Shown: positions 47,581 through 59,545 of the stretch, piece by piece
How positions within the stretch are numbered: position 1 is the first letter of the stretch
Layout: each line of letters starts with the position of its first letter
From: the human T2T-CHM13v2.0 reference genome, Homo sapiens
NCBI RefSeq assembly: GCF_009914755.1
Contig: NC_060938.1
Reading direction: 5' to 3' (one strand)
Length of the DNA: 64,000 bases
Made by a program: the position numbers and the translations under genes
The notes under the pieces: model-generated
The model's database searches: none
Told to the model about the DNA's origin: nothing
The model's input: the letters and a program-made list of their open reading frames with translations, nothing else

Positions 47581-48539
47581 CAACCAAAAACCTACAAGCA
47601 TACTCAGAGATATTGTGGGTTTGGTTCCAGACAACTGCAATAAGGCAAATGTTACAACCAAAAACCTACAAGCTCCTCAGAGATAGTGTGGGTTTGGTTC
47701 CAGACCACTGCAATAAGGCAAATGTTACAACCAAAAACCTACAAGCACACCTCAGAGATATTGTGGGTTTGGTTCCAGACCACTGCAATAAGGTAAATGT
47801 TACAATCAAGTTAGTTGCATAAACATTTTGCTTCCCAGTGCTTATTAAAGTTATGCTTAAACTATATTGTAGTCTAATGAGTATTTAATAATTATTAATT
47901 AGTAATTAATAGCATGTCTAAAAAACTGTGTACATACCTTAAGTTAAAATATGTCAGTGCTAAAAAATGCTAATGAATATCTGAGCCTCACGAAGTCATA
48001 ATCTTTTTGCTGGTGAGAGTCTTGCCTCTATATTGATGACTGCTGGCTAATCAGTGTGGGGGCTGCTGAAGCTTGGGTGCCTGTGTCAATTTCTTAAAAC
48101 AATGAAGATTGTTCCTTTCACAAAAGATTTCCCTGCAGCATGTGATGCTGTTTGACAGCATTTTATCAACCATAGAACTTCTTTCAAAATTGGAGTAAAC
48201 CCTCTCAAACCCTGCTGCTGCTTTATCAACTAGGTTTATGGAATATTCTAAATCCTTTGTTGTCATTTCAACGTTTATAGCATCTCCACCTGGATTAGAT
48301 TCCATCTCAAGAAAACATTTTCTTTGCTCGTCCATAAGAAGCAACTCCCTATTTGTTCAAGTTTCATCATGAGTTTACAGCAATTTCATCTCACCTTAAG
48401 GCCCTAATTCTAATTCTAGTTGTCTTGCGATTTCTACCACATCTGCAGGGACTTCCTCCACTGACATCCTGAGCCCTCAAAGTCATCCATGAGGGCTGTA
48501 ATCAACTTCTTCCAAACTCCTGTTAATGTTAATATTTCA

Positions 48540-48620
48540 ACCTCCTCCCATCAATCACAAAAGTCCTTAATGGCATTTAAGGATTGCTAGTAAGGGCATT
48601 TGTGATTCACGGGAGGAGGT
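48540..48620. ncRNA. MIR4477: MIR4477-like hairpin (paralog/variant)
   Basis: CCTCCTCCCATCAATCACAAAAGTCCTTAATGGCA-loop-TGCTAGTAAGGGCATTTGTGATTCACGGGAGGAGG resembles pre-mir-4477 as recalled, with a few substitutions. Confidence 0.7.
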
Positions 48621-48884
48621 TCAAATATCATGAAAGGATTAATGGTGAATCCTTTCCAAAAGGTTTTCAATTCAGTTTATCCAGATTCATCAAAGAAATC
48701 ACTATCTATGATAGCTATACCTTTACAAAATGCATTTATTAATTAATAAAAACACTTGAAAGTCAAAACCACTCCTTGCTCCACAGGCTGAAGGTAAATA
48801 TTGTATTAGCAGCCATGAAAATAACATTAATTTCCAAGTACATCTCCATCTAAGCTTCTGGGTAGCTAGGTGAATTGTCAATAA

Positions 48885-49243
<359 letters not shown>

Positions 49244-49655
49244 AAGCAACAATCTTTTTAAAGGAACCGTTTTTTTTTTTCTGAGCAGTAGGTCTCAATA
49301 GTGGGATTAAAATATTCGGTAAACCATGCTATTAAAAGATGTGCTGTCACCCAGACAGTGATGTTCCATTTCTAGAGCACAGAAAGAATAGATTTTGCAT
49401 AATTCTTAAGGGCCCTGAGATTTTCAGAGCGGTCAATGAGCACTGGCTGTAACTTAAAGTCACCAGCTGCAGTGGTCCTCAAAGAGAGTCAGCCCATCCT
49501 TTGAAGTTTTGAAGCCAAGCGTTGACTTCTCTCTAGCTATGAAAATTCTACATCTTCACTAACCTTAATCATTTCTAGCTCTGGACTTCAAGTGAGAGAC
49601 GTGCAAGTCTTCCTTTCATTTGAGTTCTTTGAGGCCACTGTGGTTACTAATTGGC

Positions 49656-50400
49656 ACCCCCGGTGGGTGTCACCCTCCTTCCTTCTCTATCGAGTTCACC
49701 CACAACAGGGCGTGGGGAACGGCGCTTCCCACACCCCACATGCCCTGTGCGCCTGGGGCTCTCCCACAGGGGGCTTTCCTGAGCCAGGCAGCAAGGGCCA
49801 TCCCCCTGCTCCAGCCCAGCCAGGCTGCGCAGGCAGAAGGACTCTCCCAACCTGCCTGGGCATGTGGCGCTTTGTGTTCCCTGCCCTGGCTCCTCCGGAA
49901 CTGGGGCTCTCCCATCCTTAGACTCCCTGGTGGCCTCCGCACCCCAACAAATGACAGGAAGACCAGAAACCGTTGCGCGACGGCCTGCTGGGCTCCTGCT
50001 CAGTTTGGGCCCCCTCAAGCTGAGTCACAGGGGCAAGGTGTGCTTGTGCCACCCACGTCCCACCGGAGTCAGTGGTGGGGCTGGAGCCCCAGGTCGCCAG
50101 GGCGGCGTGGGAACCCGTAGACGGGGCACCTCCACCTCCGGAGCTCGCGACCCCGGAGGCCTCCGCGTCAAGCACAGATGCCAGCCATCCAGGCGCCTCC
50201 CAACCGCTCCAGGAGCCTGGGAGCTGGTCTGCACTCACCTCCAGCCTGTTAGATGAGCTCCTGTCAACCCCAGAGTTTCAGCAAAAGGCACAATATTTCC
50301 TAGATCCGGCGCCACTAGGGGAGCTGCAGGACGTGGAAGAGCCCACTTTGCTGGAACCACTCCTCAGCCAGGACGAACACTGGGCTCTGCTGGAGGAGCA
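49656..50400 (+). pseudogene. DUX4L: DUX4-like pseudogene, C-terminal half only (no homeodomains, frameshifted)
   Basis: PGGCHP...[29 protein letters not shown]...[11 protein letters not shown]...WWGW...[10 protein letters not shown]...LLDELLSTPEFQQKAQ...ALLEE aligns with DUX4 across several frames. Confidence 0.92.
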
Positions 50401-51900
50401 GGTTAGGGCGGGGTTGGGGCGGGGTGGGGGCAGAACGGCGGCCTCTCTTTCGCGGTGAACCTCAGGCTTAGTATGAAGAGGCGTGCCTTCCCTTCCAGCT
50501 GACCTGCCTAGGATCCCTGAGTTCCAGGTCCAGCGAGAGACTCCACACAGAGGAGGGCTGTCAAGAATGACAAGAAAGAATTCCTGAGCATGCCGGGGAT
50601 CCCAGGGCCGGTCCAGGTACCCGGAAGTGGGCTCTCTACTGCGCATGCGCGGGTTTCCAGGCAGCAGCCTAGGTTTTCTAACTAGCCCAGGCGGAGCTCT
50701 CATCCCTTTTTCCCCTGCGTTCTTCAGGCGGGTTGGCGGAGACCTCATTCCGCGAAACACTGGGCCAGGGCAGAAGCCAGGCCAGTTCTCCTTTCTGCAG
50801 CTCGACTCCTCTGCCTCTTCGCTCACCATCACTTGCCAACCCGTGTCCCGCCAGCCTCCTTGCCAGCACCATGGAGCGCCTTGCAACTAAATGTAGACCC
50901 GAGACCCCATGCAAACTGAGGTGCTGCCCTTTCCAGGCAAGAGGGAAGGCAGGCAGAGATGAGGACAGGAACGGAGATAGAGTGAGATGGAAGGATGGAG
51001 CTAGGAAAGGATGGGTGGAAGGAGGGACCCCGGAAGGGAGAGAAAGAGGGAGGGAGGGAGAAAGGGAGAAAAAAACCGGGGGAGGGAAGGAAGAACAGAG
51101 GGAAGGATGGACCGAGGGACAAAAGGAGCAAGAAACAGAGAATGGAAGGCAGAGAGAAAAACGGTCTTCTGCCTCCAGAACCAACAGGACCCAGCACTCC
51201 GGGAAAATGTTGGGTGCCCAATGCGGGCTAAATGCTAGGCCCACAGCCCCGTTGGCCGGTGGGGCGCTCAGGGGCCCTCCGGATCTCCAGCCTGGGTTAC
51301 TTCATCCCGGAGCAATTCAGACCAATTCCGTTTCCGAAGGAATGAGCGAATTCCCCAGAGAGCAATGAGCCCAGACTCAGGTGGTTGTCTGTTTTTCATC
51401 CACTTGGTTCACAGATGACATATCCCCACGTTGAGCCCTGCAACAGAGCGCGAGGCGGATAGTCCCATCCACACAGGAGTCACACTTAGGACAACTGAAG
51501 GGTGACTCTGGATTCCACGTTTCTTTGCCCTCTGCAAAGGTGCCTGTTGCTCAAGTTTCTGCCCACCGAAAGCGTGACCATGTTGACTGTTTGTTTCCTG
51601 AGCTCTGTGGGGTCCCAGAAACTTCCAGGAATGCGTGGAAGACCAGCATTGTGTCAGTGCTCTCCTTTCCAGTTTTCAAACAGGCTATATTGGAGACTCC
51701 CCATTTTGCAGGAAACAGGAATCCATCGTCAGGCCGTGATGCACGGGATGTTTCTTTTCTCTGTGGTTTCGCTGTCGTTGTCTACGTGAAAATGAACGAG
51801 ATCTACACACCTGCGTGTGTGAGAATATCACGGCAACTGTGACACCCACGCTCTGGCAATAGAGTTGGCAGCCTGATCCCGGGACTAAGGTACTGATGGA
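49656..51900 (+). repeat. D4Z4-related GC-rich segment (partial unit plus D4Z4-flank-like sequence)
   Basis: Post-ORF GGCCTCTCTTTCGCGG, GGGGATCCCAG..CAGGTACC (KpnI 50616-50621), CTACTGCGCATGCGCGGGTTT follow D4Z4 order. Confidence 0.75.
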
Positions 51901-53360
51901 CATCCAGACTCACCCACCACAATCATTAGCAAACCCACTCCCAAACACACAGACACACATGGGCGCACGAGCGGGAACACAAGCACACACACAGACACAG
52001 ACAGCTTGAAGGAGAGCAAGGGACAGAGGGATGGAGAGATAGAAACAGAAGGAGAGAGAAACAGCGATCAAGAGAGAGACAGAGAGGAACTGGGGAGATT
52101 GAGAGAGAGAGAGCAAGGTGGAGAGGGAAATAGAGAAAGGGAAAGGGTGAGGGAGCTAGACAGGGAGAGCAACAGAGCCTTGGAGAGGGAGGCTCTATCT
52201 GGTAGACAGGGGCCCCTTTGGCCAGGGTAGGGTGGAGGGTGTCTGGGACGGGCTGGAACAGGGTGGCAGGGCCGCCCACGCGGGAAAGCCAACAGAGCCC
52301 TGAGACGTGTTTTTACTTGGATTGGTTGGTTGCTTTGGGGGTGCGTTTCGTAGCCTCATTCCTTTGTTGGCTCCTCCCTGTCCTCTTGGTGCTGTGGACC
52401 CTGAAAGTTGTAGAGTGCGCCCCTCACTGTGGCAGGAGCAGTGGCGCTGAGCGTGCCCACGGGTCGCGGCTTGGGTCTCTCTCATTTTCCGGGTGGTGTG
52501 GCCTTAGACAATGGCAGTGGTGCCTGGCTGGCCCAAGAGTCCAGTCCAGCTACGCCCGCCTGATTCCAGGCGTCACCAGCAAGCCGGGGCCACAGGGCTG
52601 GGATCAGGCACCCCAGAGCCACTTGCGCCTGGGCGGGCTTCTCTCCCCTTCTACCCCCAAGCACCACCAGTCGCTGTGCTGCGCTTTCCGCCAACTTCCA
52701 GAGCGTCCCGCTGTCGCTGGCGGCCAGACCACGTGCGAGACCACCTAGGCGCCAGAGGCCTCCCTCCCCTGCCAGGGCTCTGGACTCTCCAGGCGGCCAC
52801 CCTCTCGCTGACACTCCAGGCCTTCCCCCCGGCTCTCGAGCTCCAGAGCTTCCAACACCAGGGGCCCGCTCAGGAAGGGGTGTGCTACGAGGCGTCAGGG
52901 CCCAGGGCCCACTGTCCTCGGGTCCCCTCCGGTCCTCCGCCTTGCCGCGGAAAAATTATTTTGTCTTCCTTGCTGCCCCTCATGCAAGGCCCCCTCTTGC
53001 CCCACACACCGAGAGCCGCCAGGGCTGACCGGGGCGAACAGCCGGCCCAGCCCCGTGGGCCATTTTTCTTACAACACCTAAACAATCGTCGCTTGTTCCG
53101 ACAAGGACCCGCCGTGGCCAACGGGGCAGGAAGGTTCTGCTTTGCCCCACGCCAGCACTAGAGCCCCGGCAGCCTCATCCCGGGAAAGAGGGGCTGACGG
53201 ACACCCAGACACACCCCACCACTACCACAAGCAAACCCACCCTGACACACACACGGATACACACGGGTGCACGCGCGCAGACACACACACACACGGACAC
53301 AGACACACCACACCCGGTCACACGCACATGGACACACAAAGACACAGACACCGATAGCTT
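51900..53360 (-). repeat. 5S-rDNA-unit-derived segment 1; 5S gene deleted except ~20 nt of its 5' end (52491-52509)
   Basis: Colinear paralogy with 53820-55398; GGGTGGTGTGGCCTTAGAC remnant followed by 5S upstream-type sequence. Confidence 0.7.
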
Positions 53361-53819
53361 GAAGGGAGACCACCCCTCATATTGTCTTATGCCCAATTTC
53401 TGCCTCCAAAGAAAGAAGAAGTAAAATCTAAAAGGCAGAAATGAAATCCACAGGCAGACAGCCCTGCGCCACACCCTGGGCCTGGTAGTTAAAGATCGAC
53501 CCCTGACCTACTCGGTTATGTTATCTATAGATTACAGACATTGTATAGAAAAGCACTGTGAAAATCCCTGTCCCGTTTTGTTCTGATCTAATTACAGGTG
53601 CATGCAGCCCCCAGTCACGTACCCTCTGCTTCCTCAATCCATCACGACCCTCTCACGCGGACCCCGTTAGAGTTGTAAGCCCTTAAGAGGGACAGGAATT
53701 GCTCCTTCAGAGAGCTAGGTTTTTGGAGACGTGAGTCTGCCGATGCTCCCAGCTGAATAAAGCCCCTCCTTCTACAACTCGGTGTCTGAGGGGTTTTGTC
53801 TGCAACTCCTCCTGCTACA
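53361..53819 (+). mobile_element. LTR2 (HERV-E family) solo LTR
   Basis: GGAGACCACCCCTCATATTGTCTTATGCCCAATTTCTGCCTCC...AATAAA...CCTGCTACA; interrupts agctt/gaaggagagc, which is contiguous in the paralogous unit at ~52003-52017. Confidence 0.85.
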
Positions 53820-54835
53820 GAAGGAGAGCAAGGGAGAGAGCGATGGAGAAATAGAACCAGGAGAGAGAGAGAGACAGCGATAGAGAGAGAGACAGAGAAG
53901 GGGGGAGGAGAGACAGAGAGGGGGGAAGAGAGAGCGCCACAGTAGAGCGCGAGGTGGAGGGGGAAGTAGAGAAAGGGAGAGGGTGAGGGAGTGGTAGAGT
54001 GACAGCAACAGAGCCTTGGAGAGGGAGGCTCTGCTCAGGTAGACAGCGCACCTTTCGGCAGGCCGGGGTGGGGTGGAGGGTGCTTGGGCCGGGCTAGAAC
54101 AGGGGGTCAGTGTCCCCCACCCGGGAAAACAAACGGAGCCCTAAGACGTGTTTTATTTTCTTGAATTGGTTAGTTGCTTTGTGGGTGCGTTTCATAAGGT
54201 CCTTCCTTTGTTTGCTTCTTTCTGTCTCCTTGTTGCGGTGGGCCCCGAGATTTGTAGAGTGTGCTCGTTTGTCTGGAGGGAGCCTTGGTGCCAAGATTGT
54301 CCATGGGGCGAGGCTTGGGTCTCTCCTCTCCTCAGGACTGGAGTTCACACGAAGTCGGTGGCATTGGGAAACCGGGTGCACAGGGACGGATTTCCTCGTG
54401 GCTGGCGAAGACAATATCCTTCCCCTGGGGAAAGCAGCCCACGGGTTCTGGAGTGGAGGTCTTGGCTGGGGTCTGTGGGACCCGCTGCCCCTGCCCGCCC
54501 CTTCCCCCGGCTTGCACGGTTGCTGCGTCGCTGGATGAATGAATAGAATTGCCTGGGAATCCGGGGAGCGTGAAGACACCCGGGACCTCAGGGAACCCGC
54601 GCCTGCGCCCTCGGGGTCGGTCCCGTCCTGCCCGGGTTGGAGCCGGGCTCCTGGTGGGGCTGCCGCGAGTCAGAGGAGGTGGGATGCTGCTGCCTGGCGG
54701 TGCTGCAGTGGCGGATCTTCAGGACGAGGTCCTGGGCTTCGGCTGGGGCGCGGGGGCGGTCAAGGGGGAGCAGAGTCGGGGGGCGGTTGGGAAGCACGGA
54801 GACAAAAGGGGGAAAGAGGGAGAGAGTGGGAAGCC

Positions 54836-55012
54836 AAAAGCCTACGTACCGTCTATTACCAGGTGGAATCCCATCCAAGTACTAACCAGGACTGACCCTG
54901 CTTAGCTTCTATTACCAGGTGGAATCCCATCCAAGTACTAACCAGGACCAACCCTGCTTAGCTTCAATAGATCAGAGGCGAGCGGGTGCGTCCAGGGTGG
55001 TGTGGCCTAGAC
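54836..55012 (-). pseudogene. RNA5SP: 5S rRNA pseudogene with 56-bp internal tandem duplication
   Basis: Reverse complement of 5S (GTCTAGGCCACACCACCCTGGACGCACCCG...AAGCTAAGCAGGG...CCTGGTTAGTACTTGGATGGGA...GTAGGCTTTT); 54853-54908 repeated at 54909-54964. Confidence 0.92.
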
Positions 55013-55032
55013 GCCAGCAGCGGCGCCTGGCT

Positions 55033-55044
55033 GCCTCAAGAGCC
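55033..55044 (-). promoter_or_regulatory. 5S upstream D box (GGCTCTTGAGGC) at -32..-21
   Basis: One mismatch to the human D box GGCTCTTGGGGC, at the expected spacing from +1 (55012). Confidence 0.7.
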
Positions 55045-55398
55045 CGGCCCAGCAACGCCCGCACCACTCCAGGCATCACCGCCACCCCGGGGCCGCGGGT
55101 TTCGGATCCGGGACCCCCAGAGGCGCTCGCCGGTGCCCCCAGGCAGCTGTCTCCCTCTACACCCGAGCACCGCCGGCCTCCCAGATCGTCCCGCCGTCAC
55201 CGGCGGCCAGACCTGGCGCAGGACCAATGTGGTGCCGCCCTGCTGTTGCTGGGGGGCGCCAGAGGCCTCAGTCCCCTGCCCAGGCTTCCGGCTCTCGGGG
55301 CGGCCTCCCTTCCGCCCATGCTCCAGTCCTTCCGCGAGCTCTGGAGCTCCGGAGCTTCCACCACCTCTGCCGGCTCGGGACGGGTCGTGCTCATCCCT

Positions 55399-57275
55399 TA
55401 ACTTTGTAACTTTTTGTTGTTTCTATTTATATTTTATTGTGCTATGTCTTGAAATGTTGTTGTAGTTATTACTTTTGATTGGATATTATTTAGTGTTCCT
55501 ACTTTGAATAAGAGTAGTTTGCACACCACACAGCTATAGTGTTATAATATTCTGTTTTGTTTTGTATCCTATTAACAGTGAGGATTTTTTTTTTTTTTAC
55601 CTTTAGGTGATCATTCATTGCTCCTTAATGTCCTTTTCTTCCTGATTGAAGTACTCCCTTTAGCATTCCTTTAGGACAGGTATGGTATTCATAAAATACT
55701 TCAGCTTTTGTTTGTCTGAAAAAGTCAGTATTTCTTCTTTTTATTTGAAGAAAATTTTCACTGTATATTCTATTCTAAGGTAAAAGTTTTTTTTCCTTTA
55801 ATACTTTAAATATTTATTGCTTCTCTCTCCTGGCCAGTAGAGTTTCCACTGTAAAGTCTGCTGCCCGACGTGTTGGAGCTCCCCAGTATGTTATTTGTTC
55901 CTTTTCTCTTTCTTCGTTTAGAACTTTTCTTTATTTTTGACTTTTGGAAGATCTATTGAATGCTTTGAAGTAGTCTTTTTTGGGTTAAATCTGCTTAATG
56001 TTTTATAACATTTTTGTAGGTGGATATGGATATCTTTCTCTAGGTTTGGAAAGTTCTGTGTTATTATCCCTTTGAATAAATTTTTCTACCCCTGCCTCTT
56101 TCTCTACATCTTCTTTAAAACCAATAACTCTTAGATCTGTCTTTGTGAGGCTATTTTCTAGATCCTCCCCTGCCTCTTTCTCTACATCTTCTTTAAAACA
56201 AATAACTCTTAGATCTGTCTTTGTGAGGCTATTTTCTAGATCCTGTCCGCATGATTTGTTGTTTTTATTCTTTTTCTTTTGTCTCTTCTATGTATTTTCA
56301 AAGAGCCTGTCTTCAAGCTCACTATTTCTTCTGCTTGATCCATTCTGCTGTTACATGGCTTTATTGCATTCTTCAGCATGCCAATTGCATTTTTCAGCTC
56401 AGAATTTCTGCTTTATTTGCTGTAACTATTTCAATCTCTTTGTTGAGTTTAGCTGATAAAATTTGGAATTTCTTTACTTTGTTATCTGAAATTTCTTTCA
56501 GTTTTTTTTTTTTTAAATACAGTTATTTTGAATTCTCTGTCTGAAACATCACATATCTCTTTTTCTCCAGGATTTGTCCCCAGTGCCTTATTTAGTTCAC
56601 TTGGTGAGGTCATGTTTTCCTGGATGGTGTTGATGCTAGTAGATGTTCTTCAGTGTCTGGACATTAAAATCTTGGGCATGCAGCACCATATGAGAGGTTT
56701 AAAAAATAAAATTTAAAGAGAGAAAAGGTGAGTATTTATTGTAGTCTTCATTGTCTGGGCTTATTTGTAGCTATCTTTCTTAGGAAGGCTTTCACATATT
56801 TGAAAAGATTTGGGTGTTGTGATCTAAGCTATATCTGCTTTATGGGGCACCTTATACCCAATAATGCTGTAATTCTTCCAGACTCACAGAAGTACCACCC
56901 TGACAGCCTTCAACAAGATCCAGGAGAATTTTCTGGATTACTAGCTAGAGACTCTTTTTCCCTACCCTTATTTTCTCTCAAAGATACAGAGTCTTTCTCT
57001 CTGTTCTAAGCCACCTAAAGCTGGGAGAAGAAAGACACAAGCACCCCTGGCCACCACCACTATGATGCCCTGGATCAGATCTGAAGCTAGCACAGCACGG
57101 GTCTTGCTCAAGTCCTGCTGCATGCACTTTCTGACGACTGCCTATGTTCACTCAAGGCCTTTGGTCTCTACAATTAGCAGTTGGCAAAGCCAGACAGGCC
57201 TGTGTTCTTTCCTTTAAGGCAGTGAGATCCCTCAGTCCCTGGCTGGGTCTAGAAGTGCCATTCAGAAGTCAGGGC
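55399..57275 (-). mobile_element. Old L1 (L1M/L1MA-type) ORF1 and 5' region
   Basis: T-rich antisense L1-like sequence; abrupt junction with the 5S spacer at ~55398. Confidence 0.65.
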
Positions 57276-59545
57276 TTTGGCCACTTTTTAATAGGGTTTT
57301 TTGTTTTTCTCTTGTAAATTTAAGTTCCTTATATTGAATATTAGATCTTTGTCAGACACATAGTTTGTAAATATTTTTTCCTCATTCTATATGTTGTCTG
57401 TTCACTCTCTTGATAATTTCTTTTGCTGAGCAGAAGCTTTTAAGTTTAATTAGATCCCACTTGTCAATAGTTGTTTTTGATGTCTTTATCATGAAATCTT
57501 TGCCTCTTTCTATGTCCAGGATGGTATTGTCTATGTTGTCTTCCAGGGCTTTTATAGTTTTGGGTTTTACATTTAAGTATTTAATCCATCTTCAGTGATT
57601 TTTGTGTATGGTATAAGGAAGAAGTCCAACTTCAATCTTCTGCATATCGCTAGCCAGTTATCCCAGCACCATTTATTGAATAGGGAATCTTTTCCCCATT
57701 GCTTGTTTTTGCCAGCTTAGTCAAAGATTAGATAGTTGTAGGTATGTGGTCTTACTTCTAACCTCTCTATTCTGTTCCACTGGTGTATGTGTCTGTTTTT
57801 GCACTAGTACCATGCTGTTTTGGTTACTATAGGGCTGTAGTATAGTTTGAAGTCGGGTAATGTGATGCCTCAAGCTTTGTTCTTTTTGCTTAGGATTGCC
57901 TTGGCTACTTAGGTTCTTTCTTAGTTCTATATGAATTTTTGAATAGCTTTTTTCTACTTCCATGAAGCATGTCATTGGTAGTTTAATAGGAATAGCCTTG
58001 AGCAGTACAACCATTTAAATGATATTAATTCTTTCTCTCCATTAACATGGAATGATTTTTCATTTATCTGTGTCTTCTCTGACTTCTTTGAGCAGTGTTT
58101 TGTAATTTTCATTGTAGAGATTTTTCACCTCCCTGGTTAGCTGTATTCGTATGTACTTTATTCTTTTCATGGAAATTGTGAATAAAATTGCCTCTCTGAT
58201 TTGGCTCTCAGTTTGGCTTTTCTTGGTGTATAGGAATGCTAGCAAATTTCGTACATTGATTTTGTGTCCTGAAACTTTGTGGAAGTTGTTTATCAGCTTA
58301 AGGAGTTTTTGGGTCACAACTATAGGGTTTAGATAGAGAATTATGTTGTCTGCAAACAGAGGTAGTTGGACTTCTCTTTCTATTTAAATACGCTTTATTT
58401 CTTTCTCTTGTCAGATTGCTCCAGAAAGGACTTCTAATACTATGTTGAATAGGAGTGGTGAGAGAGGGCATCCTTGTCTTGTGCGGGTTTCAAGGAGGAT
58501 GCTTCCAGATTTTGCCCATTTAGTATAATGTTGGCTGTGAGTTTGTCATAGGTGGCCTTTATTATTTTGAGGTATGTTCCTTTGATACCTCATTTATTGC
58601 GAATTTTTAACATGAAGCTTTGTTGAATTTTACTGAAAGCCTTTTCTGCATCTGTTGAGACAATCACGTGGTTCTTATCTTTAGTTTAATTTATGTTACG
58701 AATCACATTTTATTGATTTGCCCATGATGGACCAACCTTCCATTCCAGGGAAGAAGCTTACTTCACTATGGTGAATTAGCCTTTTGATGTGTTGCTAGAT
58801 TCAGTTTGCAAGTATTTTGTTGTGGATTATTGAATGGATGTTCATCAAGGATACTGGCCTGAAGTTTTCTTCTTTTGTTGTGTCACTGCCAGGCTTTGGT
58901 ATCAGGATGATTCTGGCCTCGTAGAACAAGTTGGGGAAGAGTCCCTCCTCCTCTATTTCTTGAAATAGTTTCAGTAGGACTGGTACTGGCTCTTCTTTGT
59001 ACGTCTGTTAAAATTTGTTAATCTATCAGGTCCTGGGTTTTTTTTGGGGGGGGGGTTGATAGGCTATTTATTATGGATTCAATTTTTTGAACTTATAATT
59101 GGTCTGCTCAGAGACTGAATTTCTTCCTGGTTCAGTCTTGAGAGAGTATATGTGTCCAGGAATTTATTAATCTCTTCTAGGGTTTCTAGTTTGTGTGTAT
59201 AGAGGTGCTCGTAGTAGTTGCTGGTTGTTATTTTTATTTCTCTGGGGTCAGTGGTAACATTCTCTTCATCATTTCTAATTTTGTTTATTTGAATCTTCTC
59301 TCTTTTCTTCTTTATTAATCTAGCTAGTGCCCTATCTATCTTATTAATTTTTTCAAAAAACCTTGATTAAGTGATCTTTTGTACAGTTTTTCATGTCTCA
59401 ATTTCCTTCAATTCAGCTCTGATTTTAGTTATTTCTTGTCTTCTATAAGCTTTGTGGTTGAGTTCTTCTTGCTTCTCTAATTCTTCAGTTGTGATGTTAG
59501 GTGGTTAATTTGAGATATTTCTAATTTTTTGATATGGGCATTACT
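57276..59545 (-). mobile_element. L1PA/L1PB-age ORF2 fragment
   Basis: Antisense ORF2 peptides ([20 protein letters not shown]...[15 protein letters not shown]). Confidence 0.85.

Larger units (their letters stand above)
53820..55398 (-). repeat. 5S-rDNA-unit-derived segment 2 (GC-rich spacer flanking the 5S pseudogene)
   Basis: 5S gene with native upstream D box and GC-rich flanks; no polyA or TSD. Confidence 0.75.

Noticed and set aside
49656-50700. Functional DUX4 or DUX4c gene
   Set aside because: No homeodomains or ATG, several frameshifts and stops, and no tandem D4Z4 array.
50627-55465. Many overlapping 100-216-aa ORFs
   Set aside because: GC-rich D4Z4 and 5S-spacer DNA with few stops; no recognisable protein family; ORFs occur in all frames.
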